DNA of 64,000 nucleotides from Chloroflexota bacterium (GTDB lineage: Bacteria > Chloroflexota > Dehalococcoidia > Dehalococcoidales > JBDRCY01), in contig JBDRCY010000001.1 in NCBI GenBank assembly GCA_043821265.1, positions 2,497 to 66,496 of the forward strand, read 5' to 3'. Both the position numbers and the translations under genes were made by a program. This document shows, piece by piece, positions 9,264-18,822 of the stretch (position 1 is the first letter of the stretch; each line of letters starts with the position of its first letter). Under the pieces are notes generated by a model that saw only the letters and a program-made list of their open reading frames with translations, ran no database searches and was not told the origin of the DNA.

Positions 9264-9935
9264 ATGATAGTTGAACCGCGGATAAAGCTAGCGCCGTCTA
9301 TCCTTTCCGCCGATTTTGCTCGTCTGGGCGAGCAGGTAACCGAGGCTAGTAGGGCCGGTGCCGACTATATTCACGTTGATGTTATGGACGGCCGTTTTGT
9401 GCCCAATATAACCATCGGGGCGCCGGTGGTGGCGGCTATTCGTCGCTGGACTACCCTGCCGCTGGACGTCCATCTTATGATTGAGTCGCCCGAGCTGCGT
9501 ATCGAACAATTTGCGGCGGCGGGCGCCGATATTATCACCGTACATATCGAGGCCTGTACCCATATTCACCGCGTGGTGCAGATGATAAAGCAACTGGGGG
9601 TAAGAGCGGGGGTTTCCCTTAATCCGGGTACCTCTATTGAGGCCATCAGGGAGATACTGCCGGCACTTGACCTGGTGCTGGTGATGACGGTTAATCCCGG
9701 CTTCAGCGGGCAGGCCTTCATCGAGGACACGCGGGATAAGATATCCCGCCTGCGGGACGAACTGGATAAGCGTGGTCTGGCGGCGGAGCTGGAGGTCGAT
9801 GGTGGTATCAATACCGAGGTGGCTCCCCGTGTAGTAAAGGCGGGGGCCAGGGTGCTGGTGGCCGGGGCGGCGGTGTTCGGGGCTGAGGACGGTGTTAGTG
9901 CTGCTCTGGATGGGCTAAGGGCTAGCCTGCCTTAG
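9264..9935 (+). CDS. rpe: Ribulose-phosphate 3-epimerase
   Basis: 223 aa. Contains ...PSILSADFARLGEQ...HVDVMDGRFVPNIT...MTVNPGFSGQAF.... The ATG directly abuts the argH stop. Confidence 0.9.
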   Translation: MIVEPRIKLAPSILSADFARLGEQVTEASRAGADYIHVDVMDGRFVPNITIGAPVVAAIRRWTTLPLDVHLMIESPELRIEQFAAAGADIITVHIEACTHIHRVVQMIKQLGVRAGVSLNPGTSIEAIREILPALDLVLVMTVNPGFSGQAFIEDTRDKISRLRDELDKRGLAAELEVDGGINTEVAPRVVKAGARVLVAGAAVFGAEDGVSAALDGLRASLP

Positions 9936-10110
9936 CTACTTTGTGCTGGGTGCGCAGGCAGCGGGTGCATAGATTGAGCCGTTTGGTCTGTCCGTCAATG
10001 GTAAGGGTGACCGGGTGGATATTAGGCAGCCACTGGTGCTTGGTGTGGCGCTTGGAGTGGCTGACGTTATTACCGAATTGTGGTGATTTGCCACATAAAT
10101 CGCACTTCAA
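9922..10110 (-). CDS. rpmB: 50S ribosomal protein L28
   Basis: Only the C-terminal 62 codons of the listed 157-aa ORF look real: (M)KCDLCGKSPQFGNNVSHSKRHTKHQWLPNIHPVTLTIDGQTKRLNLCTRCLRTQHKV. TTG at 10110 is preceded by AAGGAGAAGAG. The 3' ends overlap rpe by 14 bp (convergent). Confidence 0.85.
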   Translation of the reverse strand: MKCDLCGKSPQFGNNVSHSKRHTKHQWLPNIHPVTLTIDGQTKRLNLCTRCLRTQHKVAKAG

Positions 10111-10203
10111 TCTCTCTTCTCCTTGACGATGTGGGGTTTTTACTATAAACTTTCGTTCATAATGGTAGCATAAATGAGTCGATATTGACAAGGGTGGGAT
10201 ATC

Positions 10204-11835
10204 ATGAAGCAGGTTAAGAGTTGTAGCGGGCAGGATTTGCGGGAGATGTTTTCGGCGTCGGTAGCGTGGCTGGAAAAGAATGCCGCCGATATCGATGCCC
10301 TTAACGTTTTTCCGGTGCCCGATGGCGATACCGGGACCAACATGCTGCTTACCATGCGCTCTACCATAGAGGAGGCCTATCGCGCCCCCGACCACAGCGC
10401 CTGTGCCGTGGCCCAGGCCATGGCCAAGGGGGCACTGATGGGGGCCCGGGGCAACAGTGGCGTTATCCTCTCCCAGATTTGGCGGGGACTGGCACAGGGC
10501 TTGGCGGACAAGGAATCGTTCGATGCCAGTGACCTGGCCGCTGCTTTGGTGACGGCCTCGGAGACGGCCTATAAGGGGTTGAGCAATCCGGTGGAGGGCA
10601 CTATTCTTACCGTGATTAGGGAGGCTGCCCAGGCAGCCCGCATGCAGGCTTCGGGTGATAATGGAGATATCATATCGGTTCTGGAATTTACCGTAAACGC
10701 CGCTGCCGAATCGGTGGCTAATACCCCTACCCTGCTCCCGGTATTGAGGGAAGCGGGGGTGGTGGATGCTGGCGGGCAGGGTCTCTATACCATACTGGAG
10801 GGCGCCGTCCGTTACTTAAGGGGTGAGACCGAGGATATGCAGTATCACCGGCCGCAGATGGTGGTTAGCAATATACCACTAACGGGCCGGTTGCCGCAGA
10901 TGTTGGCGGCTGACGAGGAGTCCTTTGGCTACTGCACCGAGTTTATGATTAAGGGGGAGGCCCTGGACTCGGCCAAGCTCCGAACCAGGCTGGAGAAGAA
11001 GGGGGAGTCTCTGATTGTGGTCGGTGATGAGGCGACCATCAGGGTTCATATCCATACCCTGGACCCGGGCAAGGTTATCCATTACGCCACTTCCGTGGGC
11101 ACGGTGCATCAGGTATCAATTCGCAACATGGATGAGCAGCATAAGGACTTCCTCGAGATGCAGCGGGACAAGGCTCCAGCCGTTGATACGGCTATTATCG
11201 CTGTGGTTTCCGGGGAGGGGCTGAAGGATGTTTTTACCAGCCTGGGAGCATCGGTGGTTACCGGCGGGCAGACCATGAATCCCAGTACCAAGGACTTGCT
11301 GCAACCGGTGGAGTTATCCGCTGCCGATAAGGTTATTATCCTGCCCAATAACTCCAATATCGTGGCTACGGCGGAGCAGGTACAGGAACTGACCGAGAAG
11401 AGTGTGGCGGTGGTGCCGACCAAGACGATTCCGCAGGGGGTAGCCGCCCTTTTGGCCTTTGATTATGAAGCCGATTTTGAGACCAATGCCAATATTATGG
11501 GTACGGCCAAGGACGAGGTGCGCTCTATCGAGATTACCCGGGCAGTGCGTCCCGTCAAGCTGGGTGAGCTGAATATCAAGAAGAAACAGGCTATCGGTTT
11601 CCTGGATGGTGACCTGGTATCGGTGGCCGATAGCACCATGGAGGCCCTCGATAAGGTGCTGGAGCGATTGGTCTTGGATGAATTTGAGGTGGTCACTATC
11701 TACTACGGGGCCGATACCACAGCCGAAGAGGCCGAGCAGGTACGTATCAGCCTGCTCGAGAAGAGTTCTCACCTCCAGGTCGAGGTTATCCATGGTGGTC
11801 AGCCTCACTATAACTATATAGTATCCCTGGAATAG
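10204..11835 (+). CDS. DAK2 domain fusion protein (YloV family)
   Basis: 543 aa. N-terminal DAK2 motifs ...DGDTGTNM...GARGNSGVILSQ.... Followed by DegV and RecG, as in the Firmicutes-type yloV locus. Confidence 0.85.
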   Translation: MKQVKSCSGQDLREMFSASVAWLEKNAADIDALNVFPVPDGDTGTNMLLTMRSTIEEAYRAPDHSACAVAQAMAKGALMGARGNSGVILSQIWRGLAQGLADKESFDASDLAAALVTASETAYKGLSNPVEGTILTVIREAAQAARMQASGDNGDIISVLEFTVNAAAESVANTPTLLPVLREAGVVDAGGQGLYTILEGAVRYLRGETEDMQYHRPQMVVSNIPLTGRLPQMLAADEESFGYCTEFMIKGEALDSAKLRTRLEKKGESLIVVGDEATIRVHIHTLDPGKVIHYATSVGTVHQVSIRNMDEQHKDFLEMQRDKAPAVDTAIIAVVSGEGLKDVFTSLGASVVTGGQTMNPSTKDLLQPVELSAADKVIILPNNSNIVATAEQVQELTEKSVAVVPTKTIPQGVAALLAFDYEADFETNANIMGTAKDEVRSIEITRAVRPVKLGELNIKKKQAIGFLDGDLVSVADSTMEALDKVLERLVLDEFEVVTIYYGADTTAEEAEQVRISLLEKSSHLQVEVIHGGQPHYNYIVSLE

Positions 11836-11844
11836 GAGCCGGCG

Positions 11845-12684
11845 ATGACACTCAGAATTATTACCGATAGCGTGGCCGATTTGCCGGAGGAAATAACCCG
11901 GGAACTGGATATTACGGTAATTCCCTTAAATGTCCGCTTCGGTACCGATGTCTATCGCGATGGTGTTGACCTTACCCCCGACGAGTTCTACGAGAGGTTG
12001 ATACATAGCAAGACCCTGCCGGTTACCTCGGTAGCGGCGCCCGGGGTCTTCGCCGGGGTATATGATGAGGTGGCCGAAGCAGCTGATGAAATCCTGGTTA
12101 TTGCCCTTAGTTCCAAGTTCAGTGCCACCTATGATGTGGCGCAGCAGGGCATAGAAATGATGAAGCAGAAGTGCCGAATTGAGGTTCTGGACTCGCAGTG
12201 GGCGGTTATGTGCCAGGGGTTCATGGTGATAGCGGCGGCTAGGGCGGCTAAGGCCGGAGCCAGCCTCGATGAGGCGCTGTATATCGCTCGTAGCTACATA
12301 CCCCGGGTGCACTTAAGGGCCGCTTTCGGCACGTTGGAGTACCTCAAGCGGGGAGGGCGTATTGGCATGGCGCAGGCCTTCCTGGGGTCGATTCTGAATA
12401 TAAACCCCATCATTGGCATGAAAGACGGAGAGGTCTTTCCCTATGACCGGGAGCGCTCCCGGGCTAAGGCGTTGAACTACCTCTATAACTTTGTCGCTGG
12501 TTTTTCCTCTATCGAGGAGCTGGCGGTGGAGTACGCTACGGCTAGCGGCGACGCCGAGACGTTGATTGAGCGGCTCGGTGCCGTATTCCCCAAGGAGCGT
12601 ATCTATCGGACCAGGGTCAGTCCGGCTATCGGTACCCATACCGGTCCCAATCTTATAGTGGTGAGTGTGCTGGGGGACAAGTAA
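11845..12684 (+). CDS. DegV family fatty-acid-binding protein
   Basis: 279 aa. Starts ...IITDSVADLPEE... and has ...TSVAAPGVF... plus the C-terminal ...PAIGTHTGPNLIVV.., typical of DegV. Confidence 0.9.
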   Translation: MTLRIITDSVADLPEEITRELDITVIPLNVRFGTDVYRDGVDLTPDEFYERLIHSKTLPVTSVAAPGVFAGVYDEVAEAADEILVIALSSKFSATYDVAQQGIEMMKQKCRIEVLDSQWAVMCQGFMVIAAARAAKAGASLDEALYIARSYIPRVHLRAAFGTLEYLKRGGRIGMAQAFLGSILNINPIIGMKDGEVFPYDRERSRAKALNYLYNFVAGFSSIEELAVEYATASGDAETLIERLGAVFPKERIYRTRVSPAIGTHTGPNLIVVSVLGDK

Positions 12685-12775
12685 CCGCCATCGGATGATG
12701 ACGGTTCGCACTTTTGAGAAAAAACTATTTGACCTCTTTTTACGCCGAGCTTGATATTCCCTTGCCGCTGGCTAT

Positions 12776-15265
12776 TTGACGGGACGAAATGGAGGCGAAA
12801 CCTTGTCGCTAGACGCTGGGCCGCTGCGTAAGATTCTGGAGCTTGAGCGTAAGAGGGGTTGCGATAATCACGCAGTAATCGGCGGTTTGGACAGGTTCCT
12901 CCATAATTGGGCCGGTATGGCTGCCAGCACGATAGTTAACCCCCGGCTTTTAAGCCATTTCGGCAAACTCAACCTGGCTAAGTCCGGCTATGAGACGATG
13001 TCCGTGGAGCAGCGCGCCCGGTTGGTGGGGGCTATCTTGGATTTTCTGGACGAGGCGGAGCGTACTGGTAAGGGTAAAGATAACCTCCAGCCCGAGCCAT
13101 CGGCAATATCCCGCCGCCCTCTCAAACGAGCAACCGTCCAGGCTAAGGCAGCCAGTGTTTCCATCGACCTGCCAGTAACGGTGGTTAAGGGCGTTAGCGT
13201 GAGTCTGGCGGCCAAGTTCGCCAAGCTGGGTGTCAGCACGGTGCGTGACCTGCTCTATTTCTTCCCTAATCGCCATCTCGATTACAGCCAGCGAAAATCC
13301 ATTTCCCAGCTTACCGAGGGGGAGGAACAGACTATTATCGCCAATGTCTGGCAGACCCAGGAAATAAGGCCGGGGGGTCGGCGCAGTACCGAGGCCATCG
13401 TCGGGGATGAAACGGGCAATATCCGTGTGGTCTGGTTTAATAACCCCTACCTGGTCAGGCAGCTCAGGGTTAATATGCGGGTAGTGCTCAGTGGCCGGGT
13501 GGCCCTGTTTAACGGGCGGTATGTCTTTGAGTCCCCGGAGTGGGAGCCCGCCGAGGAAGGGGACCTGGTGCATACCGGCCGCCTGGTCCCCCTGTACCCG
13601 CTTACCTCCGGGCTGCGCCCCCGCCAGGTAAGAAAACTGATGAAGGGTTTTATTGACCAGTGGGCCGGCTATCTGGCTGATTTTCTGCCCCGGGAGGTGA
13701 GGGAGCGGTGTAGTCTGATGGAGCTACCCCAGGCCATCTGCCAGGCGCACTATCCGGAGGACGGTGCTGCCAAGGACCGGGCGCGGGTGCGTCTTGCCTT
13801 CGATGAGCTGTTTCTCTTGCAGCTGGGCGTGCTGCGCCAGAAGCGGGACTGGAAGGAGAGCCAGCCGGGCAATACCTTTACCGTAAAGACGCCGGTCCTG
13901 GAGACCTTTCTGGCCTCTCTCCCCTTCGAGCTGACCGGGGCGCAGCGAAAGGTACTGGGGGAGCTGATGGCCGACCTGGCCGGTTCGCAGCCGATGTCGC
14001 GCTTATTGCAGGGTGAGGTGGGCAGTGGCAAGACCGTGGTAGCCACGGCGGCCCTGCTGGTAGCGGCGGCTGATGGCTATCAGGGGGCGCTCATGGCGCC
14101 TACGGAAATCCTGGCCGAGCAGCATTTTAATACTATCTGTAGTCTCCTCTCCCGGGTGGGGCAGGAGGAGAGTGGTGAGGACTACTGCCGTAGCTACGGT
14201 GGCGTCCTGCCCCGTCCCTTGAGTGTGATGTTGCTCATGGGCGATATTAAGGGGAAAAAGAAGCAGGAACTCCACCGGCGTATCCAGGAGGGAGAGGTGG
14301 ATATCGTTATTGGCACCCATGCCCTTATCCAGAAGGGGGTGGAGTTTCACCGGTTAGGCTTGACCGTGGTGGATGAACAGCACCGCTTCGGGGTGGCTCA
14401 GCGCTCGGCGCTGCGTCAGAAGGGTTTCAGCCCCCATGTGCTGGTAATGACGGCTACGCCCATACCGCGCACCCTGGCCCTGACCCTCTACGGCGACCTG
14501 GACCTGTCGGTTATTGACGAACTGCCGCCGGGGAGGCAGGTGATAAAGACAAAGTGGCTCCGTCCCGGCCAGAGACAGAGCGCCTATACCTTCCTGCGAC
14601 GTCAGGTGGCCGGTGGCCGGCAGGCCTTTATTATCTGCCCCTTTGTGGAGGAGTCGGAGACCATTCAGGCTAAGGCGGCGGTGGTTGAGTATGAGCGGCT
14701 GTCCGGCGGGGTCTTTCCCGACCTGAGGCTGGGCCTATTGCACGGGCGGATGTCGGCGACGGAGAAGGACAGGGTGATGCGCCTCTTCCGTGCCGGTGAA
14801 GTGGACATACTGGTCTCTACGCCGGTGGTGGAGGTGGGTATCGATGTGCCCAATGCTACCGTGATGCTGGTGGAGAGCGCCGACCGTTTCGGTCTCTCGC
14901 AGCTGCACCAGTTCCGGGGCCGGGTGGGGCGTGGCTCGGAACAGAGTTACTGCATGCTGCTGGCACAGAGCCCGTCCGAAATAGGCCGCCAGCGGCTTGA
15001 CATTATAGAGAGCACCCAGGACGGTTTCAAGTTGGCCGAGGAGGACCTGAAGCTGAGAGGCCCGGGGGAGTTCTTCGGTACCCGGCAGAGCGGGCTGCCC
15101 GACCTGCGCATGGCCAGGCTCTCCGATGTGGTGCTGCTGGAGCTGGCCCGCAGCGAGGCCATCAGGCTCTTTGAGAGAGATAAGGATTTAAAGAGGTCGG
15201 AGCATAGACCTCTGCTCGCGGAACTGGAGCGCGTATGGACTGCCGAGGGGGGTGAGTGGAGCTAG
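12776..15265 (+). CDS. recG: ATP-dependent DNA helicase RecG
   Basis: Helicase motifs LLQGEVGSGKT, VVDEQHRFGV, VMTATPIPRT and QLHQFRGRVGRG. The start is uncertain (TTG 12776 or TTG 12803 after GGAGG). About 135 aa lie N-terminal to the usual wedge-domain start. Confidence 0.9.
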   Translation: MTGRNGGETLSLDAGPLRKILELERKRGCDNHAVIGGLDRFLHNWAGMAASTIVNPRLLSHFGKLNLAKSGYETMSVEQRARLVGAILDFLDEAERTGKGKDNLQPEPSAISRRPLKRATVQAKAASVSIDLPVTVVKGVSVSLAAKFAKLGVSTVRDLLYFFPNRHLDYSQRKSISQLTEGEEQTIIANVWQTQEIRPGGRRSTEAIVGDETGNIRVVWFNNPYLVRQLRVNMRVVLSGRVALFNGRYVFESPEWEPAEEGDLVHTGRLVPLYPLTSGLRPRQVRKLMKGFIDQWAGYLADFLPREVRERCSLMELPQAICQAHYPEDGAAKDRARVRLAFDELFLLQLGVLRQKRDWKESQPGNTFTVKTPVLETFLASLPFELTGAQRKVLGELMADLAGSQPMSRLLQGEVGSGKTVVATAALLVAAADGYQGALMAPTEILAEQHFNTICSLLSRVGQEESGEDYCRSYGGVLPRPLSVMLLMGDIKGKKKQELHRRIQEGEVDIVIGTHALIQKGVEFHRLGLTVVDEQHRFGVAQRSALRQKGFSPHVLVMTATPIPRTLALTLYGDLDLSVIDELPPGRQVIKTKWLRPGQRQSAYTFLRRQVAGGRQAFIICPFVEESETIQAKAAVVEYERLSGGVFPDLRLGLLHGRMSATEKDRVMRLFRAGEVDILVSTPVVEVGIDVPNATVMLVESADRFGLSQLHQFRGRVGRGSEQSYCMLLAQSPSEIGRQRLDIIESTQDGFKLAEEDLKLRGPGEFFGTRQSGLPDLRMARLSDVVLLELARSEAIRLFERDKDLKRSEHRPLLAELERVWTAEGGEWS

Positions 15266-15458
15266 CCTGTAAGAGGCCCCTTTCTGCTTGAGTCTCCCGG
15301 GCACTTTTCGGGCATTACATCTAGTACTGCCCACAGCGGGTGCATTCCACCTGCTTTTCTAAGCTAAAGCTATTTTTCTTAGTATAAGGTTATATAGTGA
15401 TAATAATTACTATTTAGTATTAAAGGGTGGAGGCGGGACTGGGTAAATTACCCGGTAG

Positions 15459-16610
15459 CTAGCCCCAGTATCGGGCTGCTCTTCCCTGCCGGCCATAGCC
15501 GAAGAGGTCATCCCCCCGGATAAATAGCGGGTTCAAGAACCGGGCATGTTTTACTCCCCACTTGACGGTCTTATGGAGCAGGCCCGGCGGCTTGTTGAAG
15601 GGGCATACCCGGACGCAGTTAGAGCAGTCCCCGTGATTTTTGGCGAAGAAGCCGAGGCATTTTTCGGCGTTCAGCGGCCAGCGGAATAGCCCGCGGCGGT
15701 TAGAGATGTTGTTTATCTCAGCGGTCGGCTCACCGTATTTAATGGCCTGGCCGGGGCAGTTCCGGGCGCATCTCTCGCATTTTAAGCAGAACTCCCACAC
15801 CCCGAACTCAATGGGGCTGTCGGGTATAAGCGGCAGATTGGTGAGTACCTTATTCAGCCTGACCCTAGGGCCGAGTTGTGGGGTGATGAGCAGCCCCATG
15901 CGGGAGAGTTCGCCCAGCCCAGCATCTATGGCCAGCGGGATGCTCAGTGCCGTATCATTCCCTATGGGGATGGCCTTATAGCCCAGGCCCCGTATGAACT
16001 GGGCCATGATGCTGCCGGCGAAGGCCATGCGGGAATAGCAGATGCCGACGCCACCGCCATGCAAGCGTGTGGGGGATAGCTTGATGGTATCGTAGTCCAT
16101 CTCATAACCCATCACTATGGCATACTTATATTCGGCGGGTATCTCTATCGGGGCCTCTTTGAGGGTGCGCAGGTCGTGCGAGTGGGAGTAGATCCAGCGC
16201 CGGTCAACCTGGCCGATGCCCACCAGTGAAGCGCCGAAGAAGCGGGCTGCCTTTTTAATCATTCTGGTTGTCTTCTCTGGGTCGTCTGCCTCAATCTGCA
16301 TCCCGGTGGGGGGCTTGCCATAGACGCTCCATATCTTGGCATCCCAGGCGTACAATCCGTAATTTCCGGCGACAGAACCCTGGGCAAAACTCAGCTCCAC
16401 GTGCCAGGCGGCGTTCTCAAAGGCGTAGTCGGTGAGGGTATAGCCGGGCCTTTTCTCCTGTGGCACCTGGGGCGCCCATAGTTTACGGCCGAGGTCCCCC
16501 AGGCTGGAGTCCCATCTCGACCGGGAAAACATCTCGTTCTTCTGGTTAAACCGGGGTACCTCCCCCACGATATATCTTTCCATCCCCTTTGCCTTGCCTG
16601 AGGCTGTCAT
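15459..16610 (-). CDS. Reductive dehalogenase homologue (RdhA-like), non-respiratory/cytoplasmic type
   Basis: 383 aa. C-terminal FCLKCERCARNCP (CxxCxxCxxxCP) and CSNCVRVCP (CxxCxxxCP) iron-sulfur motifs in the RdhA arrangement. The N-terminus MTASGKAKGMERY... has no RR Tat motif. No small RdhB-like anchor gene is adjacent. Confidence 0.8.
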   Translation of the reverse strand: MTASGKAKGMERYIVGEVPRFNQKNEMFSRSRWDSSLGDLGRKLWAPQVPQEKRPGYTLTDYAFENAAWHVELSFAQGSVAGNYGLYAWDAKIWSVYGKPPTGMQIEADDPEKTTRMIKKAARFFGASLVGIGQVDRRWIYSHSHDLRTLKEAPIEIPAEYKYAIVMGYEMDYDTIKLSPTRLHGGGVGICYSRMAFAGSIMAQFIRGLGYKAIPIGNDTALSIPLAIDAGLGELSRMGLLITPQLGPRVRLNKVLTNLPLIPDSPIEFGVWEFCLKCERCARNCPGQAIKYGEPTAEINNISNRRGLFRWPLNAEKCLGFFAKNHGDCSNCVRVCPFNKPPGLLHKTVKWGVKHARFLNPLFIRGDDLFGYGRQGRAARYWG

Positions 16611-16680
16611 TGCTTTACCTCCTTTATCGCCTGCGGGCTAACGTGACGCATTCCCTTGGGAATATAGATTACCAGATAGC

Positions 16681-17838
16681 CTAAGCAGCGACAATACTAT
16701 CCAGTTTAAGAAAGGCCTTTTCTTCTATTTGCCGTAACTTAAGGATGCTCTTTGATACCTCGGCTAAGAATGCCGGTGGCGTCCTCAAATCCGCGGCGGC
16801 TTTACCCAGTAGCTCACTGAATTGCTCGTTAATCCTGAGCATGGCCTCGAGGGCGCCCGGTTCCTGCTCCTCGAAGAGCCGGTTCTTCTCGATACAGAGC
16901 TCACGAATCTTGCGGAGATTGGGACAGGCGTCGGGCAGGAAACTGGCGGCAATCTCGCTCCAGAGGCGTGCCGACTGCCGCATCATCTCGGCTACCTCCG
17001 CCAGGGCGGGCTTATCCAGGATAGGGCCGGCCTCCTCCAGGAAGCGGGCGTACATGGTGCGGAAGGCACTGCCGCCGGTGCCGGCTATCTCTATGTACAT
17101 GAAGCCGTTCAGCAGCGTACCCACCAGGTCCAGACCCTTAAACTGCTGGGGCCACTTGGTGACCATTTGCGCCCATTTCCGCATGCCGGCCAGGCCGATA
17201 TTCTTTATCGGTGGATTTAGCATATGGTGGCAGCACTCCCGTATGCTTTCGGTGATACCCTCCTTTAAGTCCCCGATTATTTGTGGATAGCGTATCTTTA
17301 GCAGCCGGTGCCGGGGAGGGAACGGGGGGAATTTTGAGCCGCGTGCCCGGGCCAGGTCGGAGATACTTGCCATTACCGGGTCCCGGCCCCGGTCGTAGAT
17401 ATAGATCTCGTCCATCTCCTCGTCCAGGCCGAAAACGACGAAGACATGGCCGCCGAAGTGGGCCACCTCGGGGACGGCGACATGGGGGAGGTAGGCCATG
17501 TCGCCATAGACGATGGCCGGCTCGCCACTGGCTAGCAGCGCCTTTAGCTCGGCGTAGCCCTTTTGGGGGCTGGAGGTCTCGAAGATACTCATCTCGGCAC
17601 CAATACGTCTGGCGATATTTAAGGAAAAGTCGCTGCCTTTGCCGTAACGGCCACCGACGAAGGGTGCGGGCATCAGCTTCATATACCAGTAGATGAAACC
17701 GATGCCGCCGCCCAAGCCCAGCAGCATTTCCTCGGATAAGGATAGCCGGTGGTAGTCCAGCGCGCGCCTCAGGGCGGTGGTCTCACAGTGCTGGCCGATA
17801 AATGGCTCAAACCCACCCAGTATCAGCCTGTCCGACAT
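16681..17838 (-). CDS. BtrH_N-like / DUF4872-like protein (papain-fold, butirosin BtrH N-terminal domain family)
   Basis: 385 aa. N-terminal ...GQHCETTALRRAL...GGGIGFIYW... resembles BtrH_N, followed by a helical C-terminal half. Assignment is from memory of the family pattern. Confidence 0.6.
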   Translation of the reverse strand: MSDRLILGGFEPFIGQHCETTALRRALDYHRLSLSEEMLLGLGGGIGFIYWYMKLMPAPFVGGRYGKGSDFSLNIARRIGAEMSIFETSSPQKGYAELKALLASGEPAIVYGDMAYLPHVAVPEVAHFGGHVFVVFGLDEEMDEIYIYDRGRDPVMASISDLARARGSKFPPFPPRHRLLKIRYPQIIGDLKEGITESIRECCHHMLNPPIKNIGLAGMRKWAQMVTKWPQQFKGLDLVGTLLNGFMYIEIAGTGGSAFRTMYARFLEEAGPILDKPALAEVAEMMRQSARLWSEIAASFLPDACPNLRKIRELCIEKNRLFEEQEPGALEAMLRINEQFSELLGKAAADLRTPPAFLAEVSKSILKLRQIEEKAFLKLDSIVAA

Positions 17839-18092
17839 TTGTTTTCTCCTTCCTTTTCCTCTTTCGCCAGTGGCGAGGGTGCTTACGGGTTAAACAAGTT
17901 TGATATTTCTTGATTTTACTAGTTTATGCCCTAAAAAACAACGATAATCGGCGCAATTTATCGTGGGGGATAGAGCTAGCTTCCATTATACTGCTGTAAT
18001 GGCCCATAATCTGGTGAGATTATTTTAATGAACTATTGACATTGTCGCTTAAATGGTTTATTGTGTTCATAATTTCAGGAAGGAGGCTGCTA

Positions 18093-18233
18093 ATGCAAGC
18101 ATACTGTGTAAAATGTCGCGCCAAGAAAGAGATGAAGGATCCCAAGGCCATCACTATGAAGAATGGTAAGCCAGCCACCCAGGGTACCTGTCCCACGTGC
18201 GGTACCAAGATGTTCCGGATAGGCAAGAGCTAG
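18093..18233 (+). CDS. Small zinc-ribbon protein (DUF5679-like)
   Basis: MQAYCVKCRAKKEMKDPKAITMKNGKPATQGTCPTCGTKMFRIGKS has two CxxC pairs. GGAAGGAGG at 18078-18086 precedes the ATG at 18093. The listed ORF start at 18036 is over-extended. Confidence 0.6.
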   Translation: MQAYCVKCRAKKEMKDPKAITMKNGKPATQGTCPTCGTKMFRIGKS

Positions 18234-18261
18234 AGCTGGCACCGTAGTATAGGAATCGGTA

Positions 18262-18298
18262 GAAAGGTTGGGCATGTGCGCGCCGTGCCCAGCCTTTC
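18262..18298. terminator. Bidirectional hairpin between convergent genes
   Basis: gaaaggttgggca-N11-tgcccagcctttc, a 13-bp stem with one G-U position. Lies between the DUF5679 gene and the GGCT-like gene. Confidence 0.5.
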
Positions 18299-18370
18299 CT
18301 TATGGATATACCTTGGGCACCCCTCGGTAGCAGCAGGTGGGTTTCACTGCTTAGCGGGCCTGAAGTATGC

Positions 18371-18766
18371 TCAAACGATTTGCCAGTCCCGGTAGCCTTG
18401 CTGGATAAGGGCCAGATATTCCCTGGCTGGCCTCGTTTCCTCAAGCTGTCCCGATTTGATATAGGTTACGGCGGCTGCGGGCTCGCCGTCCTCATTAAAC
18501 ACGTTAACATTCAGCCTCCGGTAGCCAGGCCCCTCGTACCTGTCCAACCGCCTCAGGTCGCCTTCCGAGACCTCGTAGATAGCACCCGGAACCCGCTCCC
18601 CCCGGAACGCCTTGATGGTGGCCAACCCGCCGTGCCACTTCCGTGAGTAGCCGCTGAAGACCAGCTTGTAGTTGGGCAGGGTAGCGGTGAACAGGGGTTT
18701 GCTGCCCGGGCAGCGCTCTCGCATCTGCTCTTGATATAAATTGCTGCCATAGGCGAAATAATACAC
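18371..18766 (-). CDS. Gamma-glutamylcyclotransferase-like (AIG2/GGACT family) protein
   Basis: 131 aa. N-terminal YFAYGSNL motif and ...GAIYEV...LDRYEG.... Confidence 0.8.
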   Translation of the reverse strand: MYYFAYGSNLYQEQMRERCPGSKPLFTATLPNYKLVFSGYSRKWHGGLATIKAFRGERVPGAIYEVSEGDLRRLDRYEGPGYRRLNVNVFNEDGEPAAAVTYIKSGQLEETRPAREYLALIQQGYRDWQIV

Positions 18767-18822
18767 TATCTTTCTCCCGGGCGAAGCCCTGTCCGTAGCT
18801 GCTTTCCCGCTTGCTTATTCCC

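Noticed and set aside
9922-10395. 157-aa minus-strand ORF as a single gene
   Set aside because: Only the last 62 codons match ribosomal protein L28, and they have their own RBS and TTG start at 10110. The upstream extension overlaps the yloV-like promoter and start and has no support.
12776-13200. N-terminal extension of about 135 aa on RecG as a novel domain
   Set aside because: RecG N-termini vary widely between phyla, and the true start codon is uncertain. This is not enough to call it unusual without alignments.
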